Assembly (NCBI GenBank): GCA_951406725.2
Contig: OX597822.1
Coordinates: forward strand, 87,606,001 to 87,670,000
Length of the DNA: 64,000 bases
Reading direction: 5' to 3'
Origin: Octopus vulgaris
Lineage: Eukaryota
The notes below the pieces were generated by a model. The model was not told where the DNA came from, searched no databases, and worked only from the letters and a program-made list of their open reading frames with translations. Made by a program: the position numbers and the translations under genes. Below are positions 23,992-37,815 of the stretch, in pieces. Every line of letters begins with the position of its first letter. Position 1 is the first letter of the stretch.

Positions 23992-24257
23992 CTTTGAACA
24001 AATTAAAAGAGGGGAAAAAAGAAAACAAAAATAAACTATTATTTATATACTTAAATCCTTAGCAAAAAAAGTACAAATAGAAATATTCTCTTTTTCTTCT
24101 ATTTATTTAGCATGGTGGAGGAAATGACAGAGATAACTGAGTGTTATGACAAACAAAATTCCTGGTTTCATGGTCAAATACTACATTTTATTGATTTACT
24201 TTTCCTTCTCTCCAGGGGCAATAAAATACCTGTTATAGTCTGAGGTAAGTTTAATTT

Positions 24258-24695
24258 GGATCTTTTCGGTTTGAACGGCAGTTTTTAACATAATTTCTAG
24301 GCAACTAAAAAATTTTAAACTTCGTATACTGGTATAATGTGTTTATAAAACATCTTTTTCTCTTGGCTTTATTGAAAAAATTCTATGGTTTGTAAGATAT
24401 TTGTTGTTTTTTCTTCTTCAATTTCTGCAATTTCAACCAATCAAATACGTCTATTGAGGTAAAAAACATTCTGTGCCGTATGAATATGTCCCTTGTTTAA
24501 GAAACAGATTGGGTTTATTTACATTTGTGAAGAAAAAAAGATACCCTTCCCCCCACCCCTAACCCTAACTAACCTTAACTAACCCTAACCCTAAAATAGA
24601 TTGAAATGCAATAGACCGATACTAGGGTCATAATTATGGGTGACAATTTCATATGATACTGCTAGAAAAAACTGCCGTTCAAACCGAAAAGATCC
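24258..24695. mobile_element. MITE with 29-bp TIRs, 8-bp TSD and internal (CCCTAA)-like repeats
   Basis: ggatcttttcggtttgaacggcagttttt ... aaaaactgccgttcaaaccgaaaagatcc, flanked on both sides by tttaattt. Confidence 0.9.
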
Positions 24696-25107
24696 TTTAA
24701 TTTACTAATTACAATATCTAACCTTATATATAATCAAGGGATCAATATTTGTTCCCCTTATTACAACATTGATTTTTTCACCATATTTTCTGAGTTATTA
24801 AAATTCTAAAAACAGCATTAATCCCAAACAGTACACAAACTAACCCACCGTTTACAATTAATTGACTTAATTATGCTACCTACAGGAGACAAGCACAATG
24901 CCACAATGATGTGAAAACAAAGACAATGTATCAATTGTACATTCTTCTGTGTTATTTACAAATATTAATGACAATTAAAAACTACAGTGAACAATCAAAA
25001 GTTGTCTAGCTACAAATGAAATTCATGTTTGATTCTGATATGACAGTGATATTTAGAGAAATTCTAAAGGTCATTGTGAAACCATCACACAATATTCTTT
25101 GTGTATA

Positions 25108-25320
25108 AGGCAGCAAGCTGGTGGAAACGTTAGCATGCCGGATGAAATGCTTAGTGGTATTTCATCTGTCTTTACGCTCCGAGTTCAAATTCCGCCAAGG
25201 TCAACTTTGCCTTTCATCCTTTTGGGGTCGATAAATTAAGTACCAGTTGTGTACTCAAGTTGATCTAATCGATTGGCCCCCTCCCCACAAATTTCGGGCC
25301 TTGTGCCTAGAGTAGAAAAT
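25108..25320 (+). mobile_element. SINE family B, well-preserved copy
   Basis: aggcagcaagctggtggaaacgttagc...gagttcaaattccgcc...gcctttcatccttttggggtcgataaattaagtaccag. Confidence 0.82.
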
Positions 25321-25568
25321 ATTCTTCATGTATAATTAACATTATGTTATAAAATGCTTTCATATAATTTCCTATACAGCAACAATGCAATTCTATAAAT
25401 GTTTTTTTACTTGTTAAAATAAGTTAGTGTTAACTATTCATTGAAATTAAATTGTTGGAAACTTATCCATTTCAAAGTATTTCCAAATTTCCCCAAAATT
25501 TCAAGTTGTGATCACCAAAAATCAAAAGTGGATTTAAATATTCAAACGGTTGGAATGAAATATATTAC

Positions 25569-25746
25569 CTCGTATTTCTTCAGTGTACGCAAAGCTGCCT
25601 TCAGATCCTTAGAGAGGGCTTTAGTTTTCAAGATTTTGGTTTTTTCATCAACCCATTGATCTTCTTCTTGGAGATCCTGAAGAAACTGGAAATACTGGAG
25701 AGATTTCTTCAATTTATCTTGTTTTTCTGCTACCAACTGTTGCACA
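25569..25746 (-). CDS. SPTBN5: beta-H spectrin exon, spectrin repeat
   Basis: VQQLVAEKQDKLKKSLQYFQFLQDLQEEDQWVDEKTKILKTKALSKDLKAALRTLKKYE; tag/gtaat; 178 nt. Confidence 0.93.
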
Positions 25747-26061
25747 CTAGATATAGAATGGAAATAATTTAAAGACAAACAAAATTTCAGCAATAATCAT
25801 TTTAATACAAATGTAATAATTTGTCAATTAGAAACAAAGTGTTTTTCTACTTACTTGGTATCCAGCATATTACAGGTACCTAATTAGAGTGATCCCAAAA
25901 CTATGGTAAAGTATTTAGTCTAACATTATATTATCCCAAGAATGGCTAGCACTTCATTTGATTATATGAAGGAAATATAATTTACTGTGTGGAAATCTTT
26001 ATTTTACGTTAAAATGTATTTTAAATACCAGTAATATATTGACCCAATTCAATCAATGATA

Positions 26062-27772
26062 GAGTAGATAGCAGCATAATAAATAAGATAATTAAGGATA
26101 TGAAGACAAGGAAAGCCCCTGGGCTATCAAGAATCACTGCCGAGATGATTAAAGCTTAGTCACCCATATAGTTAATCAGGTTATTCAGGAAGGTGCCATC
26201 CCCAATGACTGGTGTAGCAATATTAAAGTTAGCTGCTACAAGGGTAAAGGTGAAGCCTTAGACAGAAACAACTACAAAGGTATCAAACTGCTAGACCAGG
26301 TCATGAAAGTTACTGAGAGGGTCATAGCTCGATTGGGAGTAAAATTAAATTAGATGAGATGCAGTTTGGTTTTGTACTTGGAAAGAGTACCACAGATGCC
26401 ATCTTCCTAATGAGACAGCTACAGGGAAAGTATTTGGTCAAAAGTAAGCCATTGTACTTAGTTTTTGTCAATCTGAATAATGCTTTCGACAAAGTTCCCC
26501 ACTCTGTTATCTGGTGGTCTCTAAGGAAGTTAGGAGTAAAGGAGTGGCTTGTTAGAGCTATACAAGCCATGTACAGTGATACCCTCTGAAAGGTGAGAGT
26601 CAGCCATGAATATAGTGATGAATTTAGCATACAAGTAGAAGTTCACCAAGGTTCAGTTCTTAGTTCACTCTTTTTATAATCCTCCAAGCTATAACAGAGG
26701 AATTCAAAATTGGATGCCTGAGGGAAATATTTTATGCTGATGTCTTTGCTCTTATTGTAGAATCTGTAGCAAAATTGGAGAAGAAATTACAAGTATTGAA
26801 GCAAAACTTGGAATCAAAAGGACCTTAAAGTTAACCTAGCAAAGACCAAAGATGTTGTTAGGAAGAAAGAAGATAAGACTCAGGTAAATGGACCTGCTCA
26901 ATATGTAGGAAAGGAATTGGAAGTAATTCCATTTGCTGTACCCAGTGTAAGCTATGAATATGTAAGAGGTGCAGTGAAATCACAGTAGATTAACAGATAA
27001 AGTCATCTTTGTATGTGGCAGATGTGCAGGAACAATAAGCACCGAGAACACAAGGGACTTCGATTCTCTCAAATGCTGAGGAGTGCCAATCACTGAAAGT
27101 GGATGGTACCTGCAGAAGAGAGAGGCCCAGGAAGACATGGGATGAAGTGGTAAGGACTGATCTCAGAATGTTGGGTTTCATAGAGGAAATGACAATGGAT
27201 CAAGATGTCTGGCAATATGAGGTTCTTAAGGAGACCCATCCATGTCAGCAAAACTGAGTTCTTGAAGCACTGTGTTCCACCCACATGTAATAAGAATAAT
27301 TTTCGCACATCCTACCCCAAAAAAACCAAACTATATCTTTTCTCTTCCTCACATCATCATGCACTATGCTTATCTCTCACTCCCCAATCCTGTCCTCATG
27401 GCCCCGTTCACTGTATCATTGCTATCCAGTAGACCCCCCACCCCCTCTATATACCCAGGTTTTCACCACTTCCTGCGTTATCTTCCCCCACTCTCAATTC
27501 ATGCTTCTTTGGCAATGCCCTGTCACTTATATTATGATCTCTAAGGTAAGCCCTGGCATCTGCCACCATCTCTCTCTCTCTTCTTTTACTTGACCATTCA
27601 ATTTATAACCTGATCCCCATGCCTTGTGAGTATGCCTAGCACTTTCCACCATCCCTTTCCTGCTCTCATTTGCACTCTTGCTGTCTCCCAATCTCTCTCT
27701 CTTTCTCTTCATTCAGGCTGAGAAACCATGTGTCTCCTTTACAACAGCACACCTGTTTCCGTCCTCATTCTT

Positions 27773-27829
<57 letters not shown>

Positions 27830-28227
27830 GTCCAAGTAACCATGTATCTCTTCTACAGCAAGACACTTGTTTCTGTCTAACCTTTCATCATCTGACATGA
27901 GATCACCTCCTCCAATGACCCTCCCCTCTCAAAGGATTTTTGTCTTGCAAGTTACTTGGTGACCCTGCCACATAAAAAGCATCCAGTCCACACTGTAAAG
28001 TGGTTGGCATTTCGAAGGGCATCCAGCTGTAAAAACCAGGACAAAACTAACCTTGCTTGTGCTTGTGCCACAAAAAAGGCACTCAGTCCACTCTGCTGGG
28101 TGGTCAGTGTTAAGAATGGCATCCGGCTGTAGAAAACCTGTCAAATAGACACAGAAATCTGGTGCCGGCTCCTGTCAAACCATCCAACCCATGCCAGCAT
28201 GGAAGGCAAACGCTAAATGATGATGAT
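26062..28227 (+). mobile_element. Degraded RTE LINE with internal deletion near 27080 and long pyrimidine-rich 3' UTR
   Basis: MQFGFVLGKSTTDAIFLMRQLQ, HQGSVLS, YADV, RPRKTW; (GAT)n tail near 28218. Confidence 0.88.
27775..27828. repeat. (CT)n microsatellite
   Basis: Direct reading. Confidence 0.95.
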
Positions 28228-28333
28228 ACATTTCTGCTATGAAAGCCTACCTTCTGATATGCAAGGAAAACAATATATTGCCCCAAAATGAATGTTCATT
28301 TGTAAATGCTTAAAAATAAGAACAGACCCTCCC

Positions 28334-28336
<3 letters not shown>

Positions 28337-28390
<54 letters not shown>

Positions 28391-28443
28391 TGTGTGTGGG
28401 TGTGTGTGTGTATGTGTGTGTGTCGCTCTCTCTCTCTCTCTCT
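28337..28443. repeat. (GT)n/(CT)n compound microsatellite
   Basis: Direct reading. Confidence 0.95.
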
Positions 28444-28891
28444 TGACATAATGTGCTAATCATAAGCAAACATCATCATTATACCAGTGGTACTTTTTGT
28501 ACTCTATTAGGGCAACATATCCTAATGATCAGAAAAATTACTTTACTTGAAATCAGGTGAGGCTTGGCAACTACAGAAATTGGAGTAAAGCACAAACTCT
28601 TGATTTCTGCAGTTTGTAAGACATGGGAACAGAAATAACAAATCCTGGTTAGTGAAATCTACATTAAACTTGAGCTGAAATGGGGTGCGAGGCAAATGGA
28701 AACAGAGGAAGCAAGACTTTCCAAAAAAGAAATAGTTTCGCCAGTTTCATTTCCCTCAAAAATTTATAAATCATACAGAATAAAGCCCAACTAAATAACT
28801 TAGATTTAAATCTCACCCCCACCCCCCAAGTACCAAGAAAACCAACTTAACTTAGCTGAATTCTCTAATTTGTAAAATTATACCAACTTAC

Positions 28892-29094
28892 AGTTTAAGC
28901 TCTTTAGTCACTTCTTTGGTTCGGTTTACCAAGAGTGGTTTACCCGTATCATCATCAATTTTCTGAACTTTATCCTGCAGATTAGAGAGTCGTTTTGATA
29001 AGACTGACATCTGAGTTTCAACTAAATCATGTTTCTGTAAGGCATCCTCAACTGCTTGCAGATGTTTTAATGGTACTTCTGAAGTGACTTTTGC
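28892..29094 (-). CDS. SPTBN5: beta-H spectrin exon, spectrin repeat
   Basis: AKVTSEVPLKHLQAVEDALQKHDLVETQMSVLSKRLSNLQDKVQKIDDDTGKPLLVNRTKEVTKELK; cag/gtaag; 203 nt. Confidence 0.92.
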
Positions 29095-29959
29095 CTGTAA
29101 AAAGAAAAAAAAAAATTTAGATGATTTTTAAAAAGAACTTAAAAGACAATCAGAAATTGGATTAAGAGAGAGACAGGGGAGTTGAGCATTAAAATTATTG
29201 GCTAATGTGTGTAGAAGCTGTTGCACCAGTATAGACACATCATGTAGATGATAAATGAGATAGGGTGAAAACGAGTTTGCATAAGATATTAAGATATTTG
29301 GTGCCACAATATTTGGAAGACTAGAAGCGCTTTCCTGTAGACACATAGAAAACAGTAATGATATTTTTTTCTAATCACCAATATTAGGGAGAGAGGTTAT
29401 AATGGAGGGAAACTTAGTTTAGTTGTCAACATATGAAGGGGCTAAGAAAAACTCTAGACGAGCCTGCTTTGGACTTTACTCCTGAGAGGAATTGGTTCAA
29501 TACAACAAACAATCAACTACTCAACAGCCCTGCTGTTCCATTGAACTTATTTACTGTTGGATGGACTAAGCCATTGAGAAGTAGAATTCACCTTTGTAAC
29601 AGTAAGGTTCATATTATAGATTAGTATGCAAACATGAAACTGACCAAACCAACAAATGACTTTCAAAACAATGTTTAGTCATTTCAAAAAGCCAGACAAT
29701 ACAAACCAACAGAGAGCTGGAATAATTGTGTTAGTGTATTTAATTTCGCTGTACACCTTTCCACAGTTATAATGTAAGCATCAGGTGGTAATTATGTCAA
29801 TTCAATTAAATATACCTATTATTATTGGATTCATACAACCCAGAGAAATCCATAAAAATAAAAATGAAATTCTGCCTATATAAATAAAAATGAAATTCTA
29901 TATAAATAAAAATGAAATACCTCTGTATCTCAGTCTACATTCACTATATATAGACATAT

Positions 29960-31967
29960 ACCGAATAGACAGCTCCTTAGTAGATAAAGCAATTAAGGTT
30001 ATGAAGCCAGGAAAAGCCCCCGGCCCATCAGGAATCACTGCTGAGATCCTTAAAACATATGGTGGTGCGGGCTATGGCCTTGTCACCCACATTGTAAACC
30101 AGGTAGTTCATGATGGAGTCATACCCAACGACTGGCATAGCAGCACCGTAGTCAACTGCTACAAGGGTAAAGGTGATGCTCTAGATAGAAATAACTACAG
30201 GGGTATCAAACTGCTGGATCAGGTGATGAAGGTCATGGAGAGGGTCATAGCCCATCTCATTGAGGAGAGAGTTTGCTTAGATGAGATGCAGTTCGGTTTT
30301 GTGCCAGGTAGAAGCACCACTGATACCATATTCCTGGTTTGACAACTGCAGGAGAAATACCTAGCTAAAGATAAACCCCTATACTTAGCTTTTGTGGACT
30401 TGGAGAAAGCCTTTGACAGGGTCCCCGATCCCTTATCTGGTGGGTGATGCGGAAACTGGAGATTGACGAATGGTTAATAAGGGCTGTACAGGCCCTTCAC
30501 AGAAAGGCCATTAGTAAGGTTAGGATTGGCAATGAGTATAGTGAAGAATTCCGGGTAGAAATAGGGGTGCACCAAGGTTCAGCCCTCAGTCCCTTTTTAT
30601 TCATCATAGTCCTCCAAGCAATAACGGAGGAATTCAAGACGGGTTGCTGCTGAGAGCTCCTCTATGCTGATGACCTGACCCTCATAGCAGAATCACTACT
30701 GGAACTAGAAAAGAAATTTCGGGTGTGGAAGCTAGGTTTAGAATTAAAAGGCCTTAGAGTCAATGTAGCAAAGACCAAAGTTATAGTAAGTAGGAAGGTG
30801 AACTCATCACACATACCCTCAGGTAGGTGGCCCTGTTCAATCTGTAGAAAAGGTGTAGGTAGAAATTCCATAAGATGTACCCAGTGAAAGCTATGGATAC
30901 ATAAGAGGTGCAGCAACATCAAAGGAAAATTAACCAAGAAGATAGCTTTTGTGTGCAGCAGATGCACAGGGGCAATAGACACCACAAATACTCAGAAAAC
31001 AGATTCCATCACACTCCAGGGGAAGAAACTAGAAGTAGTTGATAGCTTCTGCTACCTAGGGGACCAAGTTAGTAGTGGGGGTAGATGCTCAGAGAGTGTT
31101 ACCACTAGAATAAGAATAGCCTGGGCAAAGTTTAGAAAGCTTCTTCCCCTACTGGCGACAAAGGGTCTCTCACCCAGAGTGAAAGGTAGATTGTACGATG
31201 CATGTGTGCGAACTGCCATGGTTCGCGGCAGTGAAACGTGGGCCGTTACATTGGAGGAGATGTGTAGGCTTTAAAGAAATGAAGCTAGCATGCTCAGCTG
31301 GATGTGTAATGTCAGTGTGCACACACGACAGAGCATAAGTGCCCTGAGAGAAAAGTTGGACATAAGAGGCATTGGATGTGGCATGCAGGAGAGACGTTTG
31401 CATTGGTATGGTCATGTACTACAGATGGATGAGGAGAGATGTTTGAAGAAGTGCCACTCCCAAACAGTTGAAGGAATCCGGGGTAGAGGAAGACCCAGGA
31501 AGACATGGGATGAGGTGGTCAAGCATGACCTTCGAACGTTGGGCCTCACAGAGGCAATGACAAAAGACCGAGACTTCTGGAGATATGCTGTGACTGTGAA
31601 GACCCGACAAATGAAGTGAGTTCATGGCTTTGCAGGACCACCTGTGCTTGAGGAGACCTACTGAGTCAAGTACATCAACATCAAAATAGAAATCAAATGG
31701 AAATTGTAGTTGTTATACCCGTGCCGGTGGCATGTAAAAAACACCAACCGATTGTGGCCGTTGCCAGCCTGCCCTGGCACCTGTGCTGGTGGCATGTAAA
31801 AAGCACCCACAACACTCACGGAGTTGTTGGCATTAGGAAGGGCATCCAGCTGTAGAAACACTACTATATCAGACTGGAGCCTGGTGCAACCTCCTGGCTT
31901 CCCAGACCCCGGTCAAACCGTCCAACCCATGCTAGCATGGAAAGCAAACGTTAAACGATGATGATGA
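29960..31967 (+). mobile_element. Best-preserved 5'-truncated RTE LINE; RT pseudogene, 3' UTR and (GAT)n tail
   Basis: KAPGPSGI, YKGKGD, NYRGIKLL, QFGFVPGRST, DLEKAFD, HQGSALSP, LYADDL (30660), YLG, RGRGRPRKTW; several stops (e.g. 30340, 30651, 31272) and a frameshift near 30427. Confidence 0.95.
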
Positions 31968-32467
31968 AGATACCTTTTTGGAATCAGACTGATCCTGGGA
32001 TCGAAAATCTGACCTAAATTTGGTTCTTGAACATCTAGCACTGGGATCTGATGTAAGAGCGTTTGGGTTGCTATTTCTAGCAGGTAAAGCAATAGTGAGA
32101 GGTTTTTAATGGTTAACAAGAATTCCCTCCCTTTGCTATAATAATAAACGCAACATTCTGTGTTAAAAAACTGACCAAAGCTTTTTGGATTTAATACCCA
32201 AACTTTGTGACAGTTACCTCTATTACCCACAATAATAATCGCGACATTCTATCTGTCAACAAAGAATATTGTTCATCCTGCTGCTTTACAATGATCCCTA
32301 AATGTCACAGTGATACAAAATTCTCCAATTGTGATACTCTGTGACATAAATCTGAGATAAATGTTTTACTATTGCTCTTTTCAGTTTTGGGCTGAAAGCA
32401 CAAATAGCCCTCCACAGGAGCTAACTTAAAAGTCCACATGGAGTGTGGCTTTTAAGCAATATTAAAT

Positions 32468-32607
32468 TGGCGTTAGGAAGGGCATCCAGCTGTAGAAACA
32501 CTGCCAGATCAGACTGGGCCTGGCGCAGCCTTCTGGCTTCCCAGACCCCAGTTGAACCATCCAACCCATGCTAGCATGGAAAACGGACGTTAAACGATGA
32601 TGATGAT
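32468..32607 (+). mobile_element. RTE 3'-terminal module (short insertion)
   Basis: ttggcgttaggaagggcatccagctgtagaaac...ccatgctagcatggaaaacggacgttaaacgatgatgatg. Confidence 0.85.
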
Positions 32608-33057
32608 GTTGAGGTGTTACAAACTAAGCAACAACAGTATAACAAACCTTGAACCAAGATGAAAATAGCCCCATGAATATTACTGGCATTTATTTCAAAC
32701 TGAAACACTGTTCCTACAGCAGATGGAATTGAACACAGAACAATGAAACTGTTCCTCTATACTGTTAATGTAACAGCTTATCACAACCGAATGATATAGA
32801 CTAAACTGTAGAGACAAAATAGCCCAGTAGATAAAATATACAACTGACTCATGAAGCGAAAGTTGACATTATTTCTAGAGAGATAATTCTAAATTGCCTA
32901 AATTAATTTTGTAGAGAAAAATAAGGTTTTGCTAATAAAGGTTACTGGTAATAAAACTTGTACTTTTCCAGAGAAATATCCATTTTTTAAAGCTATAGAA
33001 ACACAGGTTAAATACCGGCCACTAAGACTTCTGTAATTTAAAAAAGGATTAACTTAC

Positions 33058-33196
33058 TTTACATTCTTTGAGTTCTTCATCTACTCCATCAATCTCTCGC
33101 AGGAAAATCATCCCATTTTCCAATGCACTGATGCTTTTCTTGCGTTCTTCTAATGTAGTCAATAACTTCTTCCAGTTTTTTGTTATTGCATCGTTT
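33058..33196 (-). CDS. SPTBN5: beta-H spectrin exon, spectrin repeat
   Basis: NDAITKNWKKLLTTLEERKKSISALENGMIFLREIDGVDEELKECK; cag/gtaag; 139 nt. Confidence 0.92.
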
Positions 33197-33328
33197 CTGG
33201 GGAAATCAGAACATAGTAAATAGTGACACATTTTTTCCTACAAAATCCTACAATTATTGTTACAGTTGAATTAACTTAGAAAGCTGGAGGATGTAATACA
33301 CTGTTTTCATGCCTTATTTCATGCCATA

Positions 33329-33589
33329 ATGTTGTTGTTTGTTCCTTCTCGAGCCATGCCTGGCTCATAAGTTTCATTGGCATATAGGTGAGCTGCTAGA
33401 AGCAGGGGGAAAGAGTGAGAGAAAGTTGTGGCAAAAGAGTCAGCAGAAGTTCACCATTACCTTCTGCCAGAGCCATGTGGAGCTTAGGTGTTTCGCTCAT
33501 AAACACACACATCACCCGGTCTGAGATTCGAACTCATGTTCCCTCAACCACGAGTCCACTACTCTAACCACTAGGCCATGTGCCTCCAC
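33329..33589 (-). mobile_element. tRNA-derived SINE (family C) with 13-bp TSD
   Basis: Minus head tggcctagtggttag...gagttcgaatct (A/B boxes), (CAA)n tail; TSD atttcatgccata at 33316-33328 and 33590-33602. Confidence 0.85.
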
Positions 33590-35187
33590 ATTTCATGCCA
33601 TAGTAGAAATACATAAATAAATTTACAATGATGAAAATAGCAGTGAAGAGAAGTTTAATCCTAAGTGACTGTAATGCTAAAGATGAACATGTGAGGCCTG
33701 TACACAGCACAATGTCTGCGACAACAAGAAAAGTTAAAAGTAATCAAGCCAAGAAAGTAATTAAATACCAAAAGTATTGTATAATATATTTTCTTTCGTT
33801 CTTTTCCTTGCTTCATATATTGGACTGCAGCCATGCTGAGGAACTATCTTTAAGGATTTAGTCAATTATACAGACCCCAGCACTAATTTTATCAATCTTT
33901 GTTTACCAAACCAATGAAAGACATAAGCAAACATATGTAAATACGGTTACAGACACACACAAAACGTTTCAGTAGTTTCCATCTACAAAATTTTACCTGC
34001 AAAAACACTGGTTGACTCAAGGCTGTAGTAGAAAATACTTGCCCAATGGGAGTGAAGCCACAACCATGAAGTTGTAAAACAAACTCCTTAACCACACAGC
34101 CATAATTACAAGAGTCCAACTTTTACCTCAGTACCTTATATGAAGAGAAATCTTAAATACTGCTTCAATGTCACAAGTTATGGAGGAGAAACAGCAAAAC
34201 ATATCTAGGGTTACATCATCCAATGTGTTTTGCTTTTTAACATAGTAGGGTTTGATTGAGAGAAATTTGGCAGCATTATTTTCTTGAGCAGGTTGAGCAG
34301 CCACATGGAAAGAGTTTTAGGCAGAACATGTTACATTGTTTCAACCTTATTTGCCATTAAGTCCAAGCTGGCTCATATCATTGGCTGCACGTACAGTATG
34401 ATGCCCAGTATGAAATAATCTATGAAACATATACACAAGGATTTTGATGCACTTTAACCACTACAGACTCTCTTCATAATTACAGTAAGAAAGTAAAGTT
34501 ATAATATTTATAATTGAATTATATGAATATTATCAGGTTTCAACATAATCAGCACCATTTTTCATCTGTATTTCCATGTTGACATGATTTAGATGGAACT
34601 TTTTTTTAGACAGTGCTTTAATGCAGAATGCCCTTCTTAGTATCAACTATGTAAGTTGTCTCTTACAACATGCAGAATAACATTGTACCTGTTTTGTATA
34701 GGATTTTGCTACTTGAGCCAGAAAGAAATTTATAATAAACTGAAACAGACAATGAGAATAATTTGTAAGAAATAAAACTAAATGACTGAGTAAAACATCC
34801 TTGAAGACAAGTCATCTAATGGTGGAAAATATCTGAGAAAGACTAAGACAAACTTGGAAAGAAATATTGAGGTCAGATTAGAAACACCAAAAGAGAAAAA
34901 TGCAAGGAAAAAACTATATGGCAAACATGTTCAACCCAGTCCAACATGAATGAGGCAACATTTGGGTTTCTACATGATTGGTCAAACCTACTGGAAATAG
35001 GCAATACATTTTTAAATCATTCCCTAATGTCTAAATAATAAGATAGGATAGCCACATCTAATAAAAGACCCTTGATAGAAAACTACTCACCAAAAATAAA
35101 ATTAAAAGATAATGATGACAACAATTTACTTATACAGATATGTTTCTCCACTAACTGAGATATTATTAAAACGTATTTTAAACGTAC

Positions 35188-35270
35188 CGTTTTTTCACAG
35201 TTGCTTGATCCTGATAGTTCTCTTTGATAAGTTCTTCTGCTAGTTCATTGACTCGTTTGAAACGGTCTTT
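35188..35270 (-). CDS. SPTBN5: beta-H spectrin exon, spectrin repeat
   Basis: KDRFKRVNELAEELIKENYQDQATVKKR; cag/gtacg; 83 nt. Confidence 0.92.
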
Positions 35271-35879
35271 CTGAAATAAAAATATTGATTTTAATAACAG
35301 TTTGACTTCACTCCGTATGAGAAAGTTTGTGGACATGTAGAACAATCGCATCTTTCAGATATTGGAAGACTGACAGACTGAAACAAATTTAAGATAGCTT
35401 CTAGATTTTAGGCCTCTGTTAGTCAGCTCATGTTACATGTTAATGCTGTGAAATGAACACCAGTTCTTTTCTTTATTCTTAGGTCCATGTGCTCTGATAA
35501 TGTTGAGAAGGAGTTACCACCACATTAATGGCAAGCGCTGATATAGTGTATTCAGCAACATCAGTTCACTGCACCACACAGAGCAGGGTGAAGGGCAGTT
35601 GTGGGCCAGTTGCTCAGTCATCACCTAGTGGAAACTCAACACATTAGTGACAGCAGCCTCCACATAGGAGTAACCAGATTTGATACTGTTAGGTTAAAAC
35701 TGAAGCTGAATGACCAACGTGCATGAAGCTGTAGTCTATACAGATGGCAGAGATTAAATACCCTACTCTTGTGTGTAGGACAGTCACATCTAGGGTGGAG
35801 ATTACTGTCACTAATGTGTTGAGGCACCACTGGGGGAGTAAGAATTTTTCATAATGAGAATTACAAATGTTTCCGGATA

Positions 35880-36915
35880 TCATCATGTAATATCTGCTTT
35901 CCATGCTGGCATGGGTTTGACGGTTTGACTGAAGACTAGCAAGCCAGGAGGCTGTACAAGGCTCCAATCTGATCTGGCAAGGTTTCTACAGCAGGATGCC
36001 CTTCCGAATACCGACCCCTCTGAGAGAGTGTAGTGGGTGCTATTTTACATGCTACCAGCATAGGGGCCAGTCAGGTGGCACTGGCATCGACCATGCTTGA
36101 ACAGTGCTTTTTATGTGCCACTGGCATGGGAGTCAGTCAGGCGGCACTGACATTGACCATGCTTGAATGGTGCTTTTTACGTGCCACCAGTACTGGCATC
36201 AGACACGCTCTAATGGTGCTTTTTACATGCCACCAGCACAGGTACCAGTTAGACAGCACTGGCATCAGCCAAGACTATGACCTCACTTGCCTGACAATCA
36301 AAGGGTACTTTTAAATGGGCCGGTTATGCAACACTGGCATCAACCACAGCTACAATTTCACTTGGTTTGCCGGGTCTTCTCAAGCACAGCATATCTTCAA
36401 AGGCCTTGATCACTTGTCATTGCCTCTGTGAAGCCCAATTCAAAGGCTGTACTTCACCACCTCATCCCATATCTCCCTGGGTCTACAGGTTCCCTCCACT
36501 GTTAGGGTGTGACACTTCTTCACACAGCTGTCCTCATCAATATGCAACACATGGTCATACCAGTACAGTTGACTCTCTTACACACCACATCTGATGCTTA
36601 TGTTCAACTTTTCTCTCAGGGCACTTATACTGTCGTGTATGGACACTCATATTACACATCCAGCAGAGCATACTAGCTTCATTTCTTTGTTGCACTGCTG
36701 TGCAGCATGGCTGTTTGTACACAGGCATCATACACTCTACCTTTCACTCTGAGCAAGAGGCCTAACCCACTCTGAAGTGATTGGCATTAGGAATGGTATC
36801 CAAATGTAGAAACCAAGCCAAAACAGACCATAGAACCGGTTGCAGATTCTGGTCTTGCCAACTCCAGTCAATCCATTCAACCCATACCAGCATGGAAAAC
36901 AGATGTTAAATTATG
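35880..36915. mobile_element. RTE 3' portion on minus strand (35880-36762) abutting a plus-strand terminal module (36765-36915)
   Basis: Similarity to 31170-31967 in both orientations. Confidence 0.8.
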
Positions 36916-37152
36916 ATATATGTGCATTGTTGATGTGAAAGTCAGTTAATAAATAAGAAGTTGTCAAAAATTATGTTACTTTCAACTGATAAATAAATTT
37001 TAAATTAAGAATGAATCACTTTAAAACTTGCTTTACAAAAAAATATTTTAAATCTAATTTAAACCAACACACTAAAACTTTGCAATTAATATTTATATTA
37101 AAAAAATGCATATAAACCACAGATAGAAAGCTTGTATGAAATTGATACTTAC

Positions 37153-37284
37153 TCCTGCCAAGATTTCTGCACTGATTGCTTCATGCTTCTTCAAAACTGC
37201 ATCTGTTTCACTGGCATTGGTGTTGATGATTTCTTCATTTAAAACTTGATTCATATCCACAAGCCATGTTTCACGAATGGAAGA
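37153..37284 (-). CDS. SPTBN5: beta-H spectrin exon, spectrin repeat
   Basis: SSIRETWLVDMNQVLNEEIINTNASETDAVLKKHEAISAEILAG; tag/gtaag; 132 nt. Confidence 0.93.
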
Positions 37285-37815
37285 CTAGAAACAAAAAAGG
37301 AAATTATTTCAAATATTTAAAAATAACCCAGAAAACACATTTAAATTTGTTTTACATTGGACATTGTGAAATAATAGCAAATAAAAGCACAAGTGCAGCA
37401 TATATTGAAATGCATCATCCTCATTTAATGTCTGTTTTCCTTACTGGTACGAATCAGACATTTTATAAATTTTATTTTTTCTACAAACTTCTGTCTTCAT
37501 GAAATTTTAGACATTATTTGCATAATGTAGTAGTTGACTTGAGAATTGTATATAAGATGCCTATGGTCTATGCAATTCTTAAGTTTGATCATTTAGATTA
37601 TTTACTTAGTATCAAAGAACATGTAGTATTGTTTAGTACTATAAAGTTGATATGGTATAGTTGGTAGTATTTAGTTGTACAAGATGGTTTGAGATAATCT
37701 AAGTGAATGGAGAGAGAGAGAGAGAAAGCTATATTTGCAATGACAATGGAAAAATCTAGTCAAACATTAAATTATCTCAATAAATAATTATCTAATTATC
37801 ACATCAAAACAGTAC

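Noticed and set aside
24557-24594. Chromosome end or fusion scar
   Set aside because: The telomere-like tract is short and internal to a MITE with TIRs and TSD.
29890-31619. Active retrotransposon or host RT gene
   Set aside because: 5'-truncated (no endonuclease) with several stops and a frameshift.
33500-33589. tRNA gene (also SINE heads near 2130-2190, 45215-45284, 48170-48234)
   Set aside because: A/B boxes present, but they continue into SINE bodies (tail and TSD at 33.3-33.6 kb); no complete cloverleaf.
36050-36270. CRISPR-like repeat-spacer array (also 53960-54175, 18087-18220)
   Set aside because: Tandem units of the RTE 3' UTR with no unique spacers; eukaryotic context, no cas genes.
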